Shown here: positions 36,521-49,853 of the stretch, piece after piece
Numbering within the stretch: the first letter of the stretch is position 1
Layout: each line of letters begins with the position of its first letter
DNA from: Macrostomum lignano
Taxonomy: Eukaryota
Length of the DNA stretch: 64,000 nt
Assembly (NCBI GenBank): GCA_002269645.1
Contig: NIVC01001921.1
Span: 1 to 64,000, forward strand
Direction of reading: 5' to 3'
Notes under the pieces: generated by a model
Database searches by the model: none
Told to the model about the DNA's origin: nothing
What the model saw: only the letters and a program-made list of their open reading frames with translations
Made by a program: the position numbers and the translations under genes

Positions 36521-38244
36521 AAGACATCTACATACCAAAAGCAAAGTTGAAAGCAAAGTTGAAGTTAATAACAATGACTCATGTTGAGCTAACCAATTAT
36601 TATATTTCAACAAAATTCAATATTGTTTTCTTCTTAATATTGTGATTTGAAAGAAGGCTTCAAAACCAATGAGTTAATATATTCATTCAAATAAAAGGCT
36701 TGCATTCATTGGATTCAATATATCTTTTATTTTATAATGTAATTTATTACCAAAAATGTAAAATGTGATTATGTAAACTATAATATATTGTTCTTTTTTG
36801 TCTTCTTTCTTTTTTATTTTAATATCAATTGTTTGGCTAGGCCACAGTATTAGCCTTGGTTGGGTTCTAGCAGCCTTGGATATTAGAAGTGAATGAATTA
36901 TGAATATTCTATAGGTTTCTAAAATGTAGATAGGAACTAAAGGTGAAAAGCTGCTAAGCCATAACCTCAAACCCAACAGCCAGCCAAAAGATAACAATGA
37001 AGATAGCTTAAGCCTTTACTAACCCAACCACTAGTAACCAAGAAACTCCCCACCTAAGAGCCTGGCTTAGAGAAACTAGAAGATAAACCAAAGGTCTATC
37101 ACTGCAATGTTATACTAGGTCTTTGAGGGGGAGGACAAAAGGCTGTCTCTAGAGCCTTCAGATTGGCTACATATCTTGTTAAGGTCAGAGGATGGTATTT
37201 TACCTGTTCCTCAAAGCCATGGCCAGAGGTATCAAATATGCATAGGTTCACTTCTAGGCAAAGCCCATACCCAAATTAGTAATAGTGTGGTCAAGACAGA
37301 AGCCAAGGCTATGGATAGGTTGCTGCCACTAGAGCCTAGTCAGTCCAGCAGCCCTAAAGCTGCCTTGAACACATGCAGGATGTGAACCCTTGGGTCGGCT
37401 TGTGAATCAGCTTGAAGAGTAGGCCTATTCCTGCTCCTGCACCCGAATAGAGGGGTACAGGTGTGTAGGATTGCAGACCTTAGTTTGTAAGCCTGGTTTG
37501 TCTCATATACTGGTTTGCTGAGCCCACCATTGCATGCACTGCTTACTACTACTACTACTGCTACTATTAATACTACTGATACTGCTACTACACTGCTTAA
37601 AGTGGGCTGTCAGTGCCTCTGTCATCTGGGATTGCGCAGTCCCGCGGTCAGAAGTCGGACTCCGGCATCCGGCACTCTCAAGATCTGCAGGTTCCGTCAA
37701 AGGCTGCTATCTGGCGGACCAGATCTGGCATGACCGCGGGCTTCCAGCTAAGAAAGGAGGACTAAGACACCGCGAGCTCACCAACTGGCGAAGCCAAGCT
37801 TCCACTGCGGAAGGCAGCCGAGGGCTCAGTGGCTGATATTTGATTGCATGCACGGACGCGAAACAACTGCTAGGCGCTAAAATTTTCGTTGATTTTGATA
37901 GAAGTCTGCAAAAATAGCCAAGCTTTTGCTCCGAAATGATTCTTTGAGAACCAAACTTCTCATTCTTCAGACTGCAGCTTCAATGTACAGCATTAAAGAA
38001 TAAACAAGAATGCCCGATATCTGTAGGTCAAGCATCAGATCAGCATCAGTTCCAGAGCGTCGCCCCATCAAAATCAGAGTAGAAGTATTTAAAACCGCTA
38101 ACACAGGGAATGCTGCTGATGACAGAATAGGAAACTCTTCATCATTTATATTTCAAGGTTGGTAAGGTTTTATTTAGTTTGTTTGGCAGTAACAGTTTGG
38201 CATGCCTGCAGCTGCAGTGGCTTCAATCGGCAGTCACTTTTAAA

Positions 38245-39545
38245 TCAGTTGAACCTCGCATCCAGTGTTTCCGCATTCTCGGGTCTCGCCGCGAACATTT
38301 CCGCCAATCCAGTCGGCCACCCCATGCTTATTCCATTATACGAATTGTTAATGTGCAGCTTCTGCGCATCCGAGATTATGTAGCCCTCCTTCAGAAGAGT
38401 CACGATGAAGGCGCTGTCCAGGCACAAGTAGGCCTTATGCTTGCCGCTAGCGGCGGGTTCACGCAGGACTTCCTCGCGACAGCCTCCAGCTCGCCCACCG
38501 CCACCTCGTTTTCTGAAGTACGTCTGAGATAGCCGAGCCTCTTCAGCGTCCCCGCGGTATAGAAAATGCCGCCGCTATCTTCTGCAGAATTGACGAAAAT
38601 TAATTACGAGTGATTGTAGCAATGCAGTGCACCGCTATTTCAGGATTTAATAATTGGATTTCCTAACAAGTCTTTTGAGACATTGGTTCAACTGTAAACA
38701 GACAGACAGACAGACGATCCCGAATGCTATTTGACAGAAACCGCCATCTGATATCCTGTATGACTTACTTGAGGCGAGGGTCGCCTATTCCGCTAGCCCG
38801 TCCTGCAGCGTGCTTTTCCGTGGGGAAGAAGGTGGCTCATCTAGTCATCCGGAGGAACCGGATGAGCCGTAGGATGCTGTCGGACTGGCAGACCTCGTCA
38901 ATTGACTGATTCGGTCCGAGGTAGCGTAGCCGGTCTCTGGTAAAGAAAGGGCAGTGACAAACAAAGTGCTTGAGAAGTACAATAAATAAAAATACAAGTA
39001 TTTTTTATTCCACTCACGATGTCCGCAACAGCGCGATGAGCTATTATTAGGCCGAATCCGTTTGCTGCAAACACAACCCAGACGCTTTGCGTTGCGTTGT
39101 CTGAAAATTTTGGGGGAAGACGATGAGGCTTCGGTCGTCTTTGATGACCAATGCAGAGCTGACAACCTGGATCTATGAAAGTAAGGGTCGGATTTCATTT
39201 CCTAATTCAGCGCTGTTTGACTTCTTTTTTCCGGATCCAAAAAGCAATAAGAGATGCATTTCTTTCTGGGGGCTCTGCATGGCTACGTGTAATCCTGGTG
39301 TAATTGTCTATAATTAAAATAACTTTTTAGAAAACAAACATTGCACACGAAAGAAACACAACAGAGCTGCGCGATCCGCTTGCTGGAGACAAAGAAATTC
39401 GGGAGCTTACAGAAACGCTGCCTTATAGCGCCGTTGACGGCAATCAGATGGGCCTGGCCTGGGTGAAGCTGGACAGATAGGCAGAATTGGCGTTCGGTGC
39501 GCCACAGAAATTCTTCACCAGGCGGCCATCAGCAGGCAGAGGCCA
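38245..39545 (-). pseudogene. Degenerate 3' part of a GDA1/CD39 (NTPDase5/6-like) apyrase gene
   Basis: YLCLDSAFIVTLLKEGY...LHINNSYNGISMGWPTG resembles the C-terminal apyrase conserved region 5; exon-like blocks at about 39545-39355, 38936-38769 and 38581-38245 have splice signals but carry stops or frameshifts (the middle block is closed in all three frames). Confidence 0.55.
39001..39350 (+). repeat. Dispersed about 350-bp repeat, copy 2
   Basis: Aligns to 30283-30645; sits in the intron-like gap of the NTPDase remnant. Confidence 0.8.
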
Positions 39546-39639
39546 AAAATTAATTTGAGACCTACCTAGCCAACTTTTAATGCATTTGATTGATTATGCT
39601 TCATTTGATATGAATTGATATGAATAATTTATATTTTAG

Positions 39640-39710
39640 GTTGTGGCAAACATGTCGACCAAGTCATGAAGAATATTCCTGAGGATCAACGTTGCAAGTG
39701 TCCAAGATAA
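39640..39710 (+). CDS. Second copy of microprotein exon 2 (GCGKHVDQVMKNIPEDQRCKCPR*)
   Basis: Same acceptor phase, same 71-nt length, 6 substitutions and no indel; about 70 nt of homologous intron upstream; no second exon 1 found. Confidence 0.6.
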
Positions 39711-40062
39711 AAGATGTATATACTATTACCAATTACAATTTTGTTGTAGGGATGATAAAGATTGATATTGAGATGGATATTTTTACTTTTAATGCAAGGG
39801 GAGCCCTAAGTCCCTAGGGTCAAGCAACAGATTTTTGATACTGTATGCCAATTGTGGTTAGGATTGTAAGGGCTCAAGTTAAGATGAATGAAGCCAATAA
39901 GGAAGCTGCTTAGCATTTTCCACCATCAAAGAAGGCAAGACTGCAAGCAATGAGGCTTTTGCTGCCCAATCAACTCGGGAACCAACTGACACACAGGCCA
40001 TCGCTCTCACAGAAGATCTTGGTAAGCATAGGAGATTTTGTTCTTTTAGTCACTTTAACATT

Positions 40063-40429
40063 GAGGGGGGCCGTAGCCCAGCGGTAGCGCAGCTGCTCTG
40101 GTGTGCCAGCGACCCAGGCTCGATTCCAAGTGCAATGACATTAATTTGGGGCTGAATTGGAATCTCGGCTTGGCTCTGCTCGTGCAATTAACGGCCTTGA
40201 GAGCCAACCCCCCAAGGCGCAGTGAAGTGTACATGCCTAATGATAAAATAAAGTTAGGGCCGCTGTAGACTCCTGTGTGAGTGTGTGCCTGCGTACGTAT
40301 CTGCGCGCTTGTGTGCCTGCTCAGGGGTGTCGGCGGAATGGGCAGCAATGCCTCTCGCCGGTTGTGTGCCTATGTCGCTTAAAGTGCGCCAGGGTGCACA
40401 CAACCCCGCTGCCTCTAATAAATAAAAAT
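40063..40429 (+). mobile_element. tRNA-derived SINE, full length with TSD
   Basis: A box TAGCCCAGCGGTAG, B box GGCTCGATTCC, AATAAATAAAAAT tail, exact 11-bp TSD ACTTTAACATT (40052-40062 and 40430-40440). Confidence 0.9.
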
Positions 40430-40454
40430 ACTTTAACATTACAAGGTGAGATAT

Positions 40455-40745
40455 GAGAGGGGAGAGAGGTGAGCGAATAGGGGAGAGGACAGAGGGGAGA
40501 AAGAGGAGAGAGGAGAGGGTAGGGAAGAGAGGAGAGGGAAGAAAGAAGAGGGGAGAAAGAGGAAAGAGAAGAGAGGAGAGGAGACGGCAGAGATGGGAGA
40601 ACGAGGAGAGGAGAGGAGAGGAGAGAGAAGATGGGAGAGATTAGAGAGGAGGGAAGAGAGGAGAGAGAAGAGGGGAGAGAGAAGAGGGGAGAGAGAAGAG
40701 AGGAGAGAGGAGAGGAAAGAATTATATAATATGGGAGAGAGGAGA
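40455..40745. repeat. (GA)-rich low-complexity tract
   Basis: GGAGA/AGAGG runs. Confidence 0.9.
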
Positions 40746-41446
40746 GAAAATCATTGGATCAAAGGCTATTATTTATGGGCGGGGTACTCACATGAAGTGG
40801 CTATTCATTAGCAGAGCTAAGTGCTAATAATTCCTAATAAGCGCTTTTCCTAGGCATTCAAAGGCCAATTTATCCCACACCTTATATAGAAAAAATATTG
40901 ACATGAGTAAATGGCTTCAAAAGGTGAATGAAAGCTAAACATTCTCACATAACTGATGGATAGTTTTCTGTTAACCTTTACTGCTATTGTGCATGTCTAT
41001 AAAGCGTAGAGCAGCGTACTGTAGCTAAGCACACAACCTCTAAATGTTATTTGTAGAGCAGCTGAGTTATTTACGACCCAATGCAATATCGCTGCATAAC
41101 AGAACAATGGGCGCTAACTGCATGCTAGATAAACTTTATTGTGGCCCTGCCTCCTGGCACTTTATGCGTCCCTGCTCAAACAAGCTCTCACTTGCAATAA
41201 CACAGTATACTATTCTCATTCTCACTAGCCCATGGTGGGCTGTGTGCAGTTGAGTAAGTATTGATTGCACGTATAATCACAATAAGATAATACAGATACA
41301 TTACCGACTTGGGTTTTGATGATTTTGGAGACCAGCACAGGCTGGCAGCTCTGTTTTCTGAGAAATGCTGCCCACTGACTTGAAAAGGAGCTCAGTTTAA
41401 CTTACACGTATCAAAAGAGCAGTTCCTACTATACGAGAACCTGTCT

Positions 41447-42135
41447 ACAGAGGCCAGTTTCCCATGAGAACCCCTGTCTACAGAGGCCAGTTTCCCACGA
41501 GAACCCCTGTCTACAGAGGCCAGTTTCCCATGAGAACCCCTGTCTACAGAGGCCAGTTTCCCATGAGAACCCCTGTCTACAGAGGCCAGTTTCCCATGAG
41601 AACCCCTGTCTACAGAGGCCAGTTTCCCATGAGAACCCCTGTCTACAGAGGCCAGTTTCCCACGAGAACCCCTGTCTACAGAGGCCAGTTTCCCATGAGA
41701 ACCCCTGTCTACAGAGGCCAGTTTCCCATGAGAACCCCTGTCTACAGAGGCCAGTTTCCCATGAGAACCCCTGTCTACAGAGGCCAGTTTCCCATGAGAA
41801 CCCCTGTCTACAGAGGCCAGTTTCCCATGAGAACCCCTGTCTACAGAGGCCAGTTTCCCATGAGAACCCCTGTCTACAGAGGCCAGTTTCCCACGAGAAC
41901 CCCTGTCTACAGAGGCCAGTTTCCCACGAGAACCCCTGTCTACAGAGGCCAGTTTCCCACGAGAACCCCTGTCTACAGAGGCCAGTTTCCCACGAGAACC
42001 CCTGTCTACAGAGGCCAGTTTCCCACGAGAACCCCTGTCTACAGAGGCCAGTTTCCCACGAGAACCCCTGTCTACAGAGGCCAGTTTCCCATAAGAACCC
42101 CTGTCTACACAGGCCAGGTTCCATGAGAACCCCTG
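41447..42135. repeat. 33-bp minisatellite
   Basis: Unit GAGAACCCCTGTCTACAGAGGCCAGTTTCCCA(T/C), about 21 nearly identical copies. Confidence 0.95.
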
Positions 42136-43152
42136 TTTACAGAGGCACTTTCACAGAGACAGACAGAGTACAGAAATAGATGCAATGATTTATGCAGTCA
42201 AGCTTCAAGCTGCATCTACTAGAGTAGTCTCGTGACTGCATTTTTTAATCTGTTTAGTGTGACTATACTTTAAAATGAAGGTTTTGCCAATTCTGTAACT
42301 AAACTGTATAACTTATCATGATTGTCACTTGAACTATAGCGATTACAACCCTCAGTAAATAAAGTGCTGGATTGTTGAAGAACCAATTGAATGTCCATTT
42401 TCTTCACAATTGTGAAAAAAAACAGCTATTAATTAAATTTATTTTATCGGTGTTCGCTCGTATTGCCATGCGTGTTAAGTAAATGTGACAAGAACAATTA
42501 AACGACACTAAGTTGCACTGCAGGCTATTAGCAAGGACGAATGTCTGCACGCGTGTACTTTAAAGCACAGAGGGAATAATGAAGTGCAGCAATGCGAGAA
42601 GGGAAAAGATGCTACAGTTATCTACGGAACGGCAAAACGATATAAAACTATATAAGTAATCTTTGTTGACGATACTCAGGTCTTTGTATGCACACCAAAC
42701 TACGTGTAAAAGCAATTATAAAGTTTGTACTTCACAAAGACTTTTAATGTGAAAATTGATTGAAACTAAAGAGATAGCATAGAGGTACCTAGCACTATTA
42801 TTAGTAAACTAGCGAGGTAAGTAAGAGAATATAAATTGTTCAGCATATGTTTGGCTTGTCATTATGCTTGCGCAGTGCCTATAACATCATACAAGTAATA
42901 CTGCGGGACTCGCACGACTAAATTTGCACTTACTGTCTAGGAAAATGTCGGACTCAGAAGCCGGCAGAGCTTATTCGAGCCATGCATAGCAATTTCTTTA
43001 AAACTTTTAGATTAGAAAGGACTGTTTCTTCTGATCTCTAGTACACTCTTCTGAAACTGAAGTGCGGTCTAATGACCATTAGGCTACCTATTTAGATATG
43101 GTGCGCAAAGCTATAGGGATGGATCTACAAAGCTGTTGGCTGGTTCTGGTAA

Positions 43153-46100
43153 TTACTGCTGATATGCTTGAGACTCCACAGTCTCGTCTGCTGCCGCCTC
43201 AGACGGGGCGCTGTTTCCACTGCCCACCTGCAGGCCCAGTAGCTCACTGAGGGCGCCGGGTAGCGCTGACTGAAATATGCTCATAGGCTGCGACTGCTGC
43301 TGTTGCGATGGCGGCGGAGGTCGCGGCGGGGGCGACGTGGAGGAGCCGAAACCGAACGCCGCCGCCAGCGGGTCGAAGGCGGAGCCGCCACCTTTGCCTG
43401 CTGAAGTGGCGTCGCCTGGCTGCGCTGAGGCGAATGGGTCGTCTGGAATCTCCAGGTCAGTAAAAACTGGCTTCGGCGGCGGCGGCGGCGGCGGCGGTGG
43501 CGGCTGCGCTGGCTGCTGCTGCTGCTGCTGCTTCTGCTTCTGCTGCTTCGGCGAGTCGTCGAGCACGCTGGTTACGGGAGGTTTCTTTCGCTCGCCCAGC
43601 TCGTAGCTGATGGCCCAACTGTAGCTGTACTTGGCCGTGTACTGCACAAACTTTCCAGCTTGGGCGGTGTGGTCCAGCCCGATGCTGCGGACAGTGCAGC
43701 CGGACACGGTGCTCCCCGGCATGCGGAATTCCACCTGGGCGCTGGGCTCCAAGGCCTCCCAGCTGGGCACCGTATCGTGAGGCCCGAGCTGCAGTCTGCA
43801 CGTGAACAGGTGCGACTTGTACGCACCTGAAGTGGAGTTGTGGTTTGAGGATTACTGTGGGAATACATTGTTCCATACATCATCTCCTGCAGCTGATTAT
43901 GATCTTAAGATACAGAGCAAATGCTCTCGTCAGATCTTTCCGTCATCAAATGAGATATTCTTTCCTTCAGTATAATGGAAAGACCTGACGGTTACCTGCT
44001 CTGTATCTTCAGATCATCATGCGATGGTCAAATGAAAAATGATCCTCTTATCTTTGGTGAACCGCCTTGCTATGGCAGGGGCCATCATCTTTAAGCAATA
44101 TTCGGGTAATTTAGTGTCCTTGTGACGATATGAATATTTTTAGACACTGCTTTTTCTCTCTCATATAGCTTACATCGATACCGCGAAAAGTCTCACCGTG
44201 GTGCTTCTCCGGCAGTTTGGAAATTCGCCACACAATGGCTCGGTACAGATGCTCGTACTTGGCCACACCAACATTGGCCTCCATGATGGACGGCGGGAAG
44301 AAGCCCTGTGCCATCTGCGTGATCCGCTCGATGCCCTTGATGCGGCCCGGCTTGCGCAGCGCCGAGTGCACCGAGTTGTACTTAAACTTGCCTTCCTGTC
44401 GGAAGAAATAGACCCAGTCTTCCGGGATCGGAATACGGATCTCGATGTCCTCTGCGGGGACCTCGTGGCAGCGTGTGTGGCTGCTGAAGAAGCCGGGCAC
44501 CATGACGTCGCAGCGGATGTTGACCCGGTCCTGGTCGATGGAGAACACACACTTCAGCTGAAGGGAAGCTCCTGGTTCTCGCGCAGGGCAACTCGAAACC
44601 GCATGAGCTCGAAACGACAAGCATCCAGAGGGTAGAAGCATATCATGTGCGAGTTGTTGTATCGGTCCATGTCCACCACCGCGTGGAACTCGGGCTCGTA
44701 CATGTCGATCCAGTCGTCGTGCAGCATGGGAATAATGTCCTGCCGCTTGACCACCTCGTTTCCGTAGCGCCACTTGTCGTTGAGTCCCAGCTCAACGTAG
44801 GGCATGCCGGTCACAAAGGCGGTGAAGAACACCGAGTACGCGACTTCTGCCGCTGAATGCGGCCCTGCAAGTCCACGGCAGCCTCGTACTCGTCCTGAAC
44901 GTAGGCGCAGACCTCCTCCTTGACGTAGTCGACAGGCGCTTTATTGCGGTCTCTGACCACCGTAGAGCGCATCATGAGGTCCTCGATCTGCCACATCAGA
45001 GACCGGATGTCGTGCTGGTTGATGCTGCCAAACTTTACAATCTCCTGTCGCACAGGCATGTGATCCAACACGTCTGTGGTCTTCGGCTTGGCCAGCATGT
45101 TCTGAATATTTTTTAGCGACCACTTTTCTGTGCGAACGCCGACCATCTCCTTGTAGGTCAGCAGGTTTACCTTGAAGATGTGCAGCTTTCCGTATTTATC
45201 GTACTGCTGCAGCTTAGCTTGGCTTAGTTGAAAAAAGGGCTCCAGGCGAATGCATCGGTACGGATTCTCCAGGTCCTCCAGGTTGAACAACTTCAGCGTT
45301 GGTCGTTCCTGCTCCCATACCAGACGCACCAGAATGTCCTTCCACCAACGGTCAGAAGTGAACTTGCTCATTTGCTTGCCGAGCTTCTTCTTGGTTTCTG
45401 GCATGCGAATAAAAAGTTTCCAGCTGTCGCCCATGCAGGCTGGGTGAAACGGCTCAAACGGCGGCATCGGCGGCGTCTCCGAGCGTAGGCGGCTCCGGCG
45501 ACCCGACTCTTCAGCTTCCCCCGCTGCCGGCCGGGCCCAGTCGACCTCAAAAGCTGCCGCCTCGCCAGCACCCGACGCCTCGCCCCAAACATTATCGTCG
45601 GCACCTAGGTCGGCAGTGGTGGTTTCCGCTCCGCCAAGATTGAAAGGGTTGAAACGGTTCTGATCGTCATCATCTTCGTTTACCGTTTCCGTGAAGGCGG
45701 CAGCTGCTGCTGCTGCTGCTGCTTTCGCTTGAGCCCTCGACGGCGGCCCCTGGATGTGCGGCACCACTTCCGCCTCTGCTGCTTCGTCGCCGCCACCGAT
45801 TTTGACACTCACCGAGACGCCAGCGCCGCCGTCCTCGTCGCCGCTGTTGTCACTCTCCGGATAGATGGTGGACAGCGGGTCAAAGCCGTTTGCCTCCCCG
45901 TCAGTCAGCTCTGCTTTAGTCTCCGCGGGCTCTTCTACCGCAACATTTTTTGGAGTTTCCGCTGCTTGTGGCGACGCAGTCATCAGAAACGGATCGTCGG
46001 CCTCCAAAGATGCGACTCGAAACGGGTTGTTCCCGGACAGCGTGTCCTGCCGAGGCACGCCCTTGGCCCGATCCCGCCTCGTCGGCGTGGATTCCTCCGC

Positions 46101-46277
46101 GGGCAGGATTTTTGCTGTAGCCGCCGCCGAGAAGTTGGAAAAATCTCCAGCAGCGTCAAATGGATTTTCCTCGTCAGGAGCGAGGTCGACTGCTTCGCCA
46201 AAAGCGCTGGAGAAGGGGTCGAAGGCAGACTGGTCAAACACGCCATCGTCAAGTTCATCCTGGTCCTGTTTGGCCAT
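43153..46277 (-). CDS. STON2: Stonin / stoned-B endocytic adaptor (NPF/DPF region, stonin-homology domain, mu-homology domain), 2 exons
   Basis: GCCATGG start at 46277; exon 46277-44197, intron, exon 43826-43153 (phase 1); multiple NPF/DPF motifs; QQYDKYGKLHIFKV (SHD); FVTGMPYVELGLND, FYPLDACRFELMRFR, AKYEHLYRAIVWRI, FRMPGSTVSGCTVRSI (MHD); -1 frameshifts at about 44832 and 44563. Confidence 0.9.
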
Positions 46278-49200
46278 GGCGGAGGAATCAGCTTGGACGC
46301 AAAGAACGGAATTGACTGACGCCCCCTCAGTTGGGCCGGTGCTGATTTCTGCTCCGGATTCCTTCTGCCTCGGAAGAGTTCTCAAAAGTTGCGCCTTCGC
46401 TTCCCCTGTTTGCAGTCCGTGAGATCTCCGCACTTTCGCTCACAAGGAATGATGAAAAGAAAAAGACTGGACTGAATGGAAATGGAACTCTAGAAGATTT
46501 TGTGTTAGCATGTGCCCGTGCGCGGGCCTGAGCAGGCGTGCTGGCTGGCGGCCCGTGTACTACCGCGTCTCTCCAGCTCAACTCTGCGATGAGGAGCTCC
46601 AGATTAGTGGCTCTCTGCGGCTGTTTCTCCCTCCTTCTCTCTGCTGCCGGCGACACGCCTCTCTCCCTGCCTTCTTTGCTTACCCTCTGCGACAATCCCC
46701 TCCCCAGCTTCTCTGCACTTCTCTCCGGGCCCGCCAGCCCCGGCTCCTGTACTCATGCATGCGCGCATTTTTGCGGCAAGAGCAAGAGCTGGCTGACTGC
46801 CTGCCCCCAGTCCTCATCCGCCCTCTTCCCCCGCTCCCTCTGAGATGCATTCTCGGCTCTCTCTCTCCAGTTCCTCTCGCTCATGGGAGCCAAGCCAGAT
46901 CGATAGCCGCGGACCTCCCTACCCTCCTCCTAATGGCCGGTGTGCTGCACTCAGCCACTGACTTCGCCCCCTTCTGTCTCTGCCTTCCCTCCGAGGTCCT
47001 GCATTGGCTTTAAAGCACCTTTCGAAAGTGGGAGAAAAAGTTGAGCTCTCTCTTGTCCGATGAAACTGTATCGGATGAGCTGCTGCTGCTAGTCCGATCT
47101 GCCTCATCTCCCAGTCTCCCATGTTCCCCATCGCCTTGTGTCGGGCAGGCATGGCTGATAATTCACGAGATTTAAACAGTGCTTTGACAGTGGATAAAGA
47201 GAATAATGCGCAGGGGGTAAATTAGGGATGGAGGAATAAGAAAGCAGAGGAGGAGCTCAGATAAACGGAGAACGCTCGGTCAGGGAGACAGTCGGAATAA
47301 AATTTTGCGTCCCCTAGGAATTCTGAAATTTCCGCGAGCTCAGCTGGCGTGTTTCTGCAGTCTCCGGTCCCTCAGTTTCTCCCATCTTTCTCGCATTTCC
47401 TGCTATCTGTTTTTCCCGCTCTTCCGGGCCTCAAAGCGAGTCGGAGCGGAGCGGTCGCACGAGCTGCACTTGAGCTGGGAGCAGAGCATGACGAGCGAGC
47501 GCTTGGCCATCCGTTTCTTTGATTCTGTTCTCACAGTTTGCTATTGCATTTAGGTTTGCCTAACTAATTAAAAAGAAAGTGGCTTTTAATACTCGGGAAG
47601 ACTCGTGTTCAAGGGTTCTTTCATTTTTGTCCATTTGCGCTTTAGGAAACTGCTCATCCGAGATGGCGGAGGCGGATTTGAATGAAGTTTTACCGGTGCG
47701 AGATGCGAGAGTGGAAACTGAAGAGGATGGAATTTGAGAGGCAGGGTGTCGGTTGGGGGGATGACAGCTTAAATAAAGCCCAGATGTGATTAGGAATGTT
47801 AAAGAGGCTTACGGTTAAGAGCGAAGAGTGATAAAACAGTGAGGGCTGCTAAGGTTGAGCAGCAGGGGTGGACAGTGAGGGTGAGCAGCAGGGGTCAAAG
47901 CATCATCAGGCCTAGAGCAGTGTGTCATGCTGCCTTTCGGAGAGTTCGTGACGGAGCAGCCGGTTTCGCTTCCTGCTTTCGCTAGTGAGTTTCCTTCTCT
48001 TTGAAGACAGTTGCTATGCCATGGGCTCGGATTCGGAACAGGTAATTAATTGCATGTGCTCTGTCTGATATGCCTCAAAGGTAAAGAGGTGAAAGCGTTA
48101 ATTTTATCCATATTCGCTCGCAAGCTGCTTGTGACGTCTCGGTCGTGCGACTCGTCAGGGATGAATTTCACAGGCACGCCAGAACTGTGCTACCCATGCT
48201 ACTACTTGGAGTAGGCAGCTGGAGGAATCTCATTGAAATTTGTGCAATTTCTGTATTGATTCAAGTGCGCAGACTTGAGCTCTAAATTAAAAATTTACAA
48301 ATGTCATCTCAAAACGTCCCAATGGCTTTCGAACTTGAGACTTCATGCAATTCTGCTTCACGTTCCTAATTTGTAGCACTTCTTATATTAATTTCATAAA
48401 TTGAAGCTGTAAGCAAACAATGTAAAAAAAGTGCTCAAAAATTCGCGATATTGAATCGAACTTCGCTGGGCTGAACTCGCCAACTGTACAAGGAAATTAA
48501 CTGACAAATCGTTCCACTTTCGGAGTTGCCTGCTATCGCTTTGATATCAGCCAAACTGCTTGTCGCTATTCCAGCACTGGCTGCACTTCTCTCTGTCTGT
48601 CTTTCAGCGGCCTTGCCACTCGGCAGGCTCGGGAAAAAACCTCCGGCTCCCCCCCCCTTGCTGGGTAGCAACAGAATTGGCGCCGCTACTATCAAAACAC
48701 TGCGACACGCGATGTCCTCATTTCGAATCCCCATTCTCTGTCTTTGAGTGGTCGATTTCTGAAGTGCTCAAAATGATAGACACGTGCGACCGCTTCTGTT
48801 GGATCTGCAGGTTCGAATTTGTTGTAAGAGCGAATGATTGTGGTGTGATTAACTGGGTCTAAAAGACTATTCGGTTTGAGATAATTGTGGGTAGGATATT
48901 CCATGCATCATAGTAGCGTTTTATCCCTGAATCCCTGGAATATGGCGTAACGGTAGAGTGTACAGGGTACAATACGAGCTACAAGTACACGAGTCCTTAC
49001 TCGCTTGCGTCAGGTGACAGCTGACAGCTTTCCGGAATCTGGGGCGTCAGGACGCTGGGCCACTAACCAAATTTAGCTAGGTGTTATATTACGCTTATTA
49101 GTTTAATTAAATTTGCACCGCACCATGGGCTTGGGTCCCAGTGGGTCAGTAAAATCGTGACTAAAAAGCTAGACGACCACGCCTCCCGACCGGCCCTACC

Positions 49201-49369
49201 CCACGCCAGCCAATCACACCGCGGGAGGGGGAGAGAGAGAAACTGAGCCTGCTGCCAGGCCCAGCCAATGACGACTCTGCGGCTCTCAGCGCCAAAGCTA
49301 AAGACGAAAGCAATACAAGACGCATGGGAGTTGATAGACAGGCGCACTGAGTCGTGTGGCATTCCAGGT

Positions 49370-49605
49370 AATTTGCACAGGATATTCCAGGTATTTAGGA
49401 TGGAAATTCAAGGCATTAAAGATAGGACATTCCAGGTATTTTGGGTCAGGATATTCCAGTATTTAGGACTGGACATTCCAGGTATTTTGGGACCGGGATA
49501 CTCCAGGTAATTTATGTAGGAGATTCCAGGTATTTATTTAGTAGATTCCAGGTAATTTATTTAGGAGATTCCAGGTATTTATGTAGAAGATTCCAGGTAT
49601 TTCGG
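49370..49605. repeat. Degenerate repeat with ATTCCAGGTA(A)TTT core
   Basis: About 10 recurrences. Confidence 0.75.
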
Positions 49606-49853
49606 CGGGGAAAATTATTACTAGGCTTTGAGAACCGGGGCTTCTGAAGCACTTTATACTCGATAGTTTACCAGATGCTCAAGTTATCCCTAAGCCAGCG
49701 CAGTCCACATCAGCATCACTCTCTGCAGATAAATGCTTCATAAAGCCGGAGTTCGCTAGCCAATCAACGAACTCCCTGTCTGCCAATGCCTGCGGGGCTG
49801 CACTGATATTATGGAGCGAAAGTCGCTGCTGCAGCAGAAGAGCTCCTACAGAG

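Noticed and set aside
37150-37840. Possible non-LTR retrotransposon remnant (QIWHDRGLPAKKGGL resembles the LP.K.GGLG motif downstream of RT domains)
   Set aside because: Only one short motif and no RT core; too weak to call without a search
41429-42126. 11-aa repeat ORFs on both strands
   Set aside because: 33-bp minisatellite that is stop-free by chance; no signal peptide, splice link or synonymous-site variation pattern
46327-49360. A stoned-A-like upstream ORF (Drosophila stoned is dicistronic)
   Set aside because: No long ORF upstream of stonin on the minus strand; only short low-complexity ORFs
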